Below are positions 59,604 to 64,000 of a stretch of 64,000 nucleotides of DNA, piece after piece. The notes under the pieces were generated by a model that made no database searches, was not told where the DNA came from, and was given only the letters and a program-made list of their open reading frames with translations. This DNA comes from an uncultured Clostridia bacterium. GTDB lineage: Bacteria > Bacillota > Clostridia > TANB77 > CAG-465. The position numbers were made by a program, and so were the translations under genes. The stretch's first letter is position 1. Each line of letters begins with the position of its first letter. The DNA lies in contig CAOYAN010000009.1 in assembly GCA_948562205.1 (NCBI GenBank), forward strand, positions 187-64,186, in the 5' to 3' direction.

Positions 59604-59762
59604 AATTATAAATATTTAAAATTTTATATTTGAGAACATGGATAAATAATTCCATGTTTTAATTATTTAACAAAAAATAATTACTTACAAATTTTAATGT
59701 ATAATATTTAATAAATTACACATGATATAATTAGACAAATTATTTTTTGTCGGGAGGTCTAT

Positions 59763-59972
59763 ATGAAAGTTTTAAATAACATAATACTTGCATTAGTTAT
59801 TATAGGTGCTGTAAACTGGGGTTGTGTTGGTTTATTTGGAATAGATTTAGTCGGCACACTTTTTGGTGGTATGAGTTCTGCACTTAGTAGAATAATCTTT
59901 GCAATAGTAGGAGTTGCAGGCCTTTGGTCACTTACTTTCTTTGGCAGAGTATCAGATGAAGAGCATGAATAA
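59763..59972 (+). CDS. DUF378-like small membrane protein
   Basis: 69 aa, two TM segments, IGA.NWG..G motif. Confidence 0.7.
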   Translation: MKVLNNIILALVIIGAVNWGCVGLFGIDLVGTLFGGMSSALSRIIFAIVGVAGLWSLTFFGRVSDEEHE

Positions 59973-59988
59973 TAACTACATAAAACAC

Positions 59989-60612
59989 CTATAAATTTAG
60001 GTGTTTTTGTATGTTTTTTAAAATTTCTTTTAATTTAAAATCATAATTTTTAGTTTCCTTTTCTAAATTTTCATCTTCATATATATTTGATATACCAGGA
60101 AGTATAGTATCTAGTTCTTCTATACTTTTTATGGTTTCTTTGTTTGGAAATATAATTGTCCATATATTTTTACCATTTCCTTCTCCTAAAATAAGTCTTG
60201 CACTGTTGTATGATCCTTCTTCCATATTGTATAATACATTTTCTTTTTCGTCATAATGTATTTTTCCAATATCTAACTTTGATGAATAATTTTTACTTTC
60301 TTTATTTAAAATATTATTTGAAATTTTTAGAATATTAGAAGAGTTTGAATTTAATATTTCATATATATTATCATTTTCATCATAGTTTATTTCATTTAAA
60401 AATTTTTCTACTTCTGTTTCAACTTTGAGTTTTGTTATTTGATCATCTATACTGTTACTATTTGCTACTACATGAAGTCTAAAAATATTATCTTTTTTAT
60501 TATTTTTCATAGTTATTGAAACTAGTATATATGTATTTAATATTACAATTGAGAGTAAAAATAGTATGAGAGAATAATTTATTTCCTTTTTTTTCAATAT
60601 ATTTTTTATCAT
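59989..60612 (-). CDS. spoIIR: stage II sporulation protein R
   Basis: Signal/TM segment, then FRLHVVANSNS..DQ..K motif; ATG 5 nt after AGGTGA. Confidence 0.8.
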   Translation of the reverse strand: MIKNILKKKEINYSLILFLLSIVILNTYILVSITMKNNKKDNIFRLHVVANSNSIDDQITKLKVETEVEKFLNEINYDENDNIYEILNSNSSNILKISNNILNKESKNYSSKLDIGKIHYDEKENVLYNMEEGSYNSARLILGEGNGKNIWTIIFPNKETIKSIEELDTILPGISNIYEDENLEKETKNYDFKLKEILKNIQKHLNL

Positions 60613-60817
60613 TTTTATCACCTAAAATTATTATTTGAAAAAATTCAAAAAATATACTAAAAAAAGTGTCTAAATTATACATATTTTGTCTAATGATATT
60701 ATGTAGAATTGTGTATGATAAAATATAACAAAAATCAACAAAACTATACAAAAAATATGGTTGACTTCTATATAGTCTAGGTGGTAAAATAAAAGACGTA
60801 AGAGGGGGTAACAAAAG

Positions 60818-61249
60818 ATGGAGAAGGTAAGAATTTGCTGTTTTACAGTAAGTTATACTCATGCATGTATTATTGCAAATAATTTTATAAATAAAGAACT
60901 TAAAAATGTAAAAGTAATCTATATTAATGAAAAAAGTGAGGAGATAAAATTAAAAAATATAGTATCAAGATTTTACAAAAAAATGGATGATCAACTATTT
61001 TATACTGAATGGTTAAATGAGAAAATAACAAATGATTACAAAAATGAAAATTTTGTTTTTGTAGTAAATGGAAAAGAGAATTTTGTAAACAGAGTAAATA
61101 AGTATATACAAATAAATGAGGCAAAAGGTTATATTATAAATTGTTATAATATATTTGATATTAGAGAGCGTGTAGAGGATATAATTTCAAAACATGATTA
61201 TTATATTAATACAAATGGTCTTGTAAAAAAAGAATTTTTAAATTTGTAA
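60818..61249 (+). CDS. hypothetical protein (143 aa)
   Basis: ORF track; terminator at 61287-61322. Confidence 0.5.
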   Translation: MEKVRICCFTVSYTHACIIANNFINKELKNVKVIYINEKSEEIKLKNIVSRFYKKMDDQLFYTEWLNEKITNDYKNENFVFVVNGKENFVNRVNKYIQINEAKGYIINCYNIFDIRERVEDIISKHDYYINTNGLVKKEFLNL

Positions 61250-61286
61250 GCCGCTATAAAACCTTAATATATTTTAATCTTTATGT

Positions 61287-61322
61287 CTAATCTTACAATT
61301 AAGTAAGATTAGGCTATTTTTT
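61287..61322 (+). terminator. intrinsic terminator
   Basis: CTAATCTTAC pairs with GTAAGATTAG, then GCTATTTTTT. Confidence 0.65.
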
Positions 61323-61374
61323 GTACTTTTTATTGTTTTAGTGAAATAAAAAGTATATAATTTAAATAAAGGAT

Positions 61375-62097
61375 GTGAAATATTTGAAAGGTATATTTAA
61401 ATTTATACGAAATATAATAATACTTTGTATAATTGTTTGTTTAATTTTTGGTGGAACAGTTGTATATAAAGGATATAATATGTATAAGGAGGCTACATCA
61501 AAAATTAGTATTGAAGATAAAGTAAATGAAATAATGTTAGATGACAATTATGTTTTTCTAAAAGATTTACCAGATGACTATATAAAAGCTGTAATTTCTG
61601 TAGAAGATCATAGGTTTTATAACCATTTTGGCATTGATGTTATAGCTCTTACAAGAGCAGTTATAAATAATATTGCTACTATGAGTCTTGCAGAGGGTGG
61701 AAGTACTATAACCCAACAACTTGCAAAGAATTTGTACTTTACTCAGGAAAAAGTTTTCTCAAGGAAAGTAGCTGAAGTTTTTGTAGCTTTTGAATTAGAA
61801 CAAAAATATTCTAAAGATGATATTGTGGAGATGTATGTAAATGTATCATATTTTGGAGATGGATATTATGGTATAGGAGATGCAGCAAAAGGATATTTAA
61901 ATAAAGAGCCAAAAGATATGACACTTGAAGAGTGTACACTTCTTGCAGGACTTCCAAATGCACCAAGTGTGTATGCCTTAAGTAATAATTCAAAACTTAC
62001 TTTACAAAGGCAAAAACAAGTTATTGATGCTATGGTAAAATATGATAATATAGATGCTAAAGAGGCAGAAAAATTAAAAGATAAAATTGGGAAATAG
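61375..62097 (+). CDS. monofunctional peptidoglycan glycosyltransferase (GT51)
   Basis: N-terminal TM segment; EDHRFYNHFGID; GGSTITQQLAKN; RK..E motifs; start codon uncertain. Confidence 0.8.
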   Translation: MKYLKGIFKFIRNIIILCIIVCLIFGGTVVYKGYNMYKEATSKISIEDKVNEIMLDDNYVFLKDLPDDYIKAVISVEDHRFYNHFGIDVIALTRAVINNIATMSLAEGGSTITQQLAKNLYFTQEKVFSRKVAEVFVAFELEQKYSKDDIVEMYVNVSYFGDGYYGIGDAAKGYLNKEPKDMTLEECTLLAGLPNAPSVYALSNNSKLTLQRQKQVIDAMVKYDNIDAKEAEKLKDKIGK

Positions 62098-62195
62098 GTA
62101 AGATAGTAATATCTTATCTATTATGCTTTTTTCTTCTTAAATATTATAATTTTTCTTGACTTTTGAGGTAAATTAATATAAAATAATTATGAAAA

Positions 62196-62210
62196 TAGTA
62201 ATTATTACTA
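62196..62210. promoter_or_regulatory. Fur/PerR-type 7-1-7 operator
   Basis: TAGTAAT-T-ATTACTA is a perfect palindrome 24 nt upstream of the Fur-family gene. Confidence 0.55.
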
Positions 62211-62233
62211 TTTAGAAATGAGGATATAGTATT

Positions 62234-62611
62234 ATGAAATATTCTAAGCAAAGAGAGCAGATTTTGAGATATCTTAAATCTGTAAAAACTCATCCTACTG
62301 CTGAAGATATTTATAAAGAAGTTCGAAAGATAAGTCCAAACATTAGTCTTGGAACAATTTATAGAAATCTTGAATTTTTATCAAATAGTGGTAATATAAA
62401 TAGAATAAAAATAGCAGGAGATAAGGATAGATTTGATTATGATACATCTCATCATTATCATGCAAAATGTATTAAATGCGGAAATATTGAAGATATATTT
62501 GTTGATTATTTAGAAGATATTGATGAAAAAATTAGTAGTATATCAAATATTAAGATTTTATCTCATGATATTATATTTAATACTATATGTAATAATTGTA
62601 ATAAGGTTTAA
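62234..62611 (+). CDS. Fur-family regulator, PerR-like
   Basis: Winged-helix N-terminus; H.HH; CxxC...CxxC; adjacent to rubrerythrin. Confidence 0.8.
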   Translation: MKYSKQREQILRYLKSVKTHPTAEDIYKEVRKISPNISLGTIYRNLEFLSNSGNINRIKIAGDKDRFDYDTSHHYHAKCIKCGNIEDIFVDYLEDIDEKISSISNIKILSHDIIFNTICNNCNKV

Positions 62612-62623
62612 GGAGGATTTTTT

Positions 62624-63163
62624 ATGGATTTAAAAGGAACAAAAACAGAAGCAAATTTACTTGCAGCTTTTGCAGGAGAATCTCAAGCAAGAAACAAGTA
62701 TACATATTATGCTTCTAAAGCAAAAAAAGAAGGATATGAGCAAATTGCTGCTATATTTACAGAAACAGCAGATAATGAAAAAGAACATGCAAAAATGTGG
62801 TTTAAATTATTAAATGGTGGAGATGTTCCAACAACTACACAAAACTTAAAAGATGCTGCAGCAGGTGAAAATTTTGAATGGACTGATATGTATGATGGAT
62901 TTGCAAAAACAGCAAAAGAAGAAGGTTTTGATCATATAGCATATCTATTTGAAGCAGTTGCAAAAATTGAAAAAGAGCATGAAGAAAGATACAAAAAACT
63001 TCTTTCAAATATTGAAGAAGGAAAAGTATTTGAATGTGGGGAAGTTAAAATGTGGAAATGTAGAAATTGCGGACACATACATGTAGCAGTATCTGCACCA
63101 GCAGTATGTCCTGTATGTACTCATCCACAAAGTTACTTTGAAATAAAAGCAGAAAATTATTAA
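62624..63163 (+). CDS. rbr: rubrerythrin
   Basis: Diiron E..H motifs (ESQARN, EKEH x2) plus a C-terminal rubredoxin CxxC...CxxC. Confidence 0.9.
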   Translation: MDLKGTKTEANLLAAFAGESQARNKYTYYASKAKKEGYEQIAAIFTETADNEKEHAKMWFKLLNGGDVPTTTQNLKDAAAGENFEWTDMYDGFAKTAKEEGFDHIAYLFEAVAKIEKEHEERYKKLLSNIEEGKVFECGEVKMWKCRNCGHIHVAVSAPAVCPVCTHPQSYFEIKAENY

Positions 63164-63217
63164 TAGAGATTTTTAAGTCAAACATTGGGTTTGACTTTTC
63201 TATATGGAGGTAAAAAT

Positions 63218-63601
63218 ATGTTAAATATAAAATTTTATTATTGTAAAAAACATGATAATATAATAGAAATTACAAATGCAAAAAATAATGATATATACAT
63301 CGAAAAAGAAGGTTTAGTAGAACTTTTACCAAACACTGTAGATGCAGCAGTTGAAAAACATGTACCATGTGTAGAGTTTGATGGAAATACTCTAAAAGTA
63401 AATGTTGGAGAAGTATCACATCCTATGTCAGATGAGCACTTAATTAGTGCTATATATGTTGTAACTGATAAAGGAACAATATATAGAAAATATCTAACTT
63501 CTAGTGATATGCCAGTATTTGAAATAGAAAATATTGATTCAAAACATATAGATGTATATTCATATTGCAATTTACATGGACTTTGGAAGAAAAGTATATA
63601 G
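63218..63601 (+). CDS. superoxide reductase (desulfoferrodoxin/neelaredoxin family)
   Basis: EKHVP, HPM..EH, CN.HGLW ligand motifs; start after GGAGGT. Confidence 0.8.
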   Translation: MLNIKFYYCKKHDNIIEITNAKNNDIYIEKEGLVELLPNTVDAAVEKHVPCVEFDGNTLKVNVGEVSHPMSDEHLISAIYVVTDKGTIYRKYLTSSDMPVFEIENIDSKHIDVYSYCNLHGLWKKSI

Positions 63602-63629
63602 TAAAATAAACAAAAGTTTAACTTTTGCA

Positions 63630-63657
63630 TTGACTTTTATTGATAATATGGTAAAAT
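63630..63657 (+). promoter_or_regulatory. sigma-A-type promoter for the micro-ORF transcript
   Basis: TTGACT, 16 nt, TAAAAT, with TGn extended -10. Confidence 0.5.
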
Positions 63658-63694
63658 ATTAACACCTACTCAGGTAGAGAGGAGGTGTACTCAA

Positions 63695-63763
63695 TTGATT
63701 GACGTTATTATGCTTATTCTTTTTATAATACTTGTAAGAGAATTAAATAAAATGAATAAGTAG
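63695..63763 (+). CDS. unlisted 22-aa hydrophobic micro-ORF (candidate type I toxin)
   Basis: AGAGGAGG is 9 nt before the TTG; my translation is MIDVIMLILFIILVRELNKMNK; an in-frame ATG lies at 63710. Confidence 0.4.
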   Translation: MIDVIMLILFIILVRELNKMNK

Positions 63764-63773
63764 TAGGAGTAAA

Positions 63774-63799
63774 GTAGTTAGTGTTGCCACATTAACTAC
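63774..63799 (+). terminator. 11-bp hairpin with a UGCC loop after the micro-ORF
   Basis: GTAGTTAGTGT-TGCC-ACATTAACTAC (one G-U pair), followed by T-rich sequence. Confidence 0.5.
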
Positions 63800-63830
63800 T
63801 TATATTTTATGTAAAATAAGAAAATATATG

Positions 63831-63897
63831 CAAAAAAGATAAGATAGTTGCCACTATCTTATCGTACTCAATTGATTTTCATTATTTTACAAGCTTG
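63831..63897 (-). ncRNA. candidate antisense/trans-pairing sRNA of about 65 nt (antitoxin-like)
   Basis: Consensus promoter upstream; 14 nt complementary to the micro-ORF initiation region; 11-bp hairpin plus T6 terminator on the minus strand. Confidence 0.45.
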
Positions 63898-63904
63898 TAA
63901 CTAT

Positions 63905-63933
63905 ATTATACTATAATATATAGTATTTGTCAA
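63905..63933 (-). promoter_or_regulatory. consensus sigma-A promoter on the minus strand
   Basis: The reverse complement reads TTGACA, 17 nt, TATAAT. Confidence 0.55.
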
Positions 63934-64000
63934 TAAGATTTAAAATTTCTAAGGATAAAGATATAAAAAGTAACTTGAAAAAGTAAAATCCATAAAAGAA

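Overview
This is an AT-rich chromosomal segment. Hand counts of single 60-nt lines give about 12 G+C in typical genes. The gene content points to a spore-forming, Clostridia-like Firmicute: spoIIR, a sortase, gatCAB, and PerR, rubrerythrin and superoxide reductase genes. Most of the window is housekeeping. It holds tRNA-Cys, an OmpR/histidine-kinase pair, gatC-gatA-proS-gatB, recG, uvrA, rlmD, addA, pgeF, pgsA, ligA, mfd, a PrsA-like PPIase, a TrmH methyltransferase, spoIIR, a monofunctional transglycosylase, and perR-rbr-sor.

Several accessory pieces interrupt this backbone:
1. A roughly 14-kb island lies between rlmD and addA (about 28.6-42.5 kb). It contains decaying small genes and an AraC/GyrI-like regulator. 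It also carries an overlapping pair made of a HerA/FtsK-type ATPase and a Cys-rich partner with 12-residue periodicity, which is my best candidate for an uncharacterised system. The island ends with a 1825-aa adhesin with 8 CnaB-type repeats and a protein with a pilin-like N-terminus.
2. A small toxin islet sits between pgsA and ligA. It has a Doc/Fic-like protein with a degenerate motif and a clear type III ToxIN/AbiQ-like module. The ORF track cannot show that module's 36-nt RNA repeats.
3. At the right edge there is a convergent micro-ORF/antisense RNA locus with par(Fst)-like type I toxin-antitoxin architecture.
4. A single-gene island (24.75-26.58 kb) is compositionally foreign, with higher GC.
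5. Two loci encode tiny proteins with penta-cysteine runs.
6. A DUF4143-type ATPase is bracketed by 38-nt direct repeats, next to a degraded HipA-like gene.

All functional calls come from motif recognition by eye. No database search was possible.
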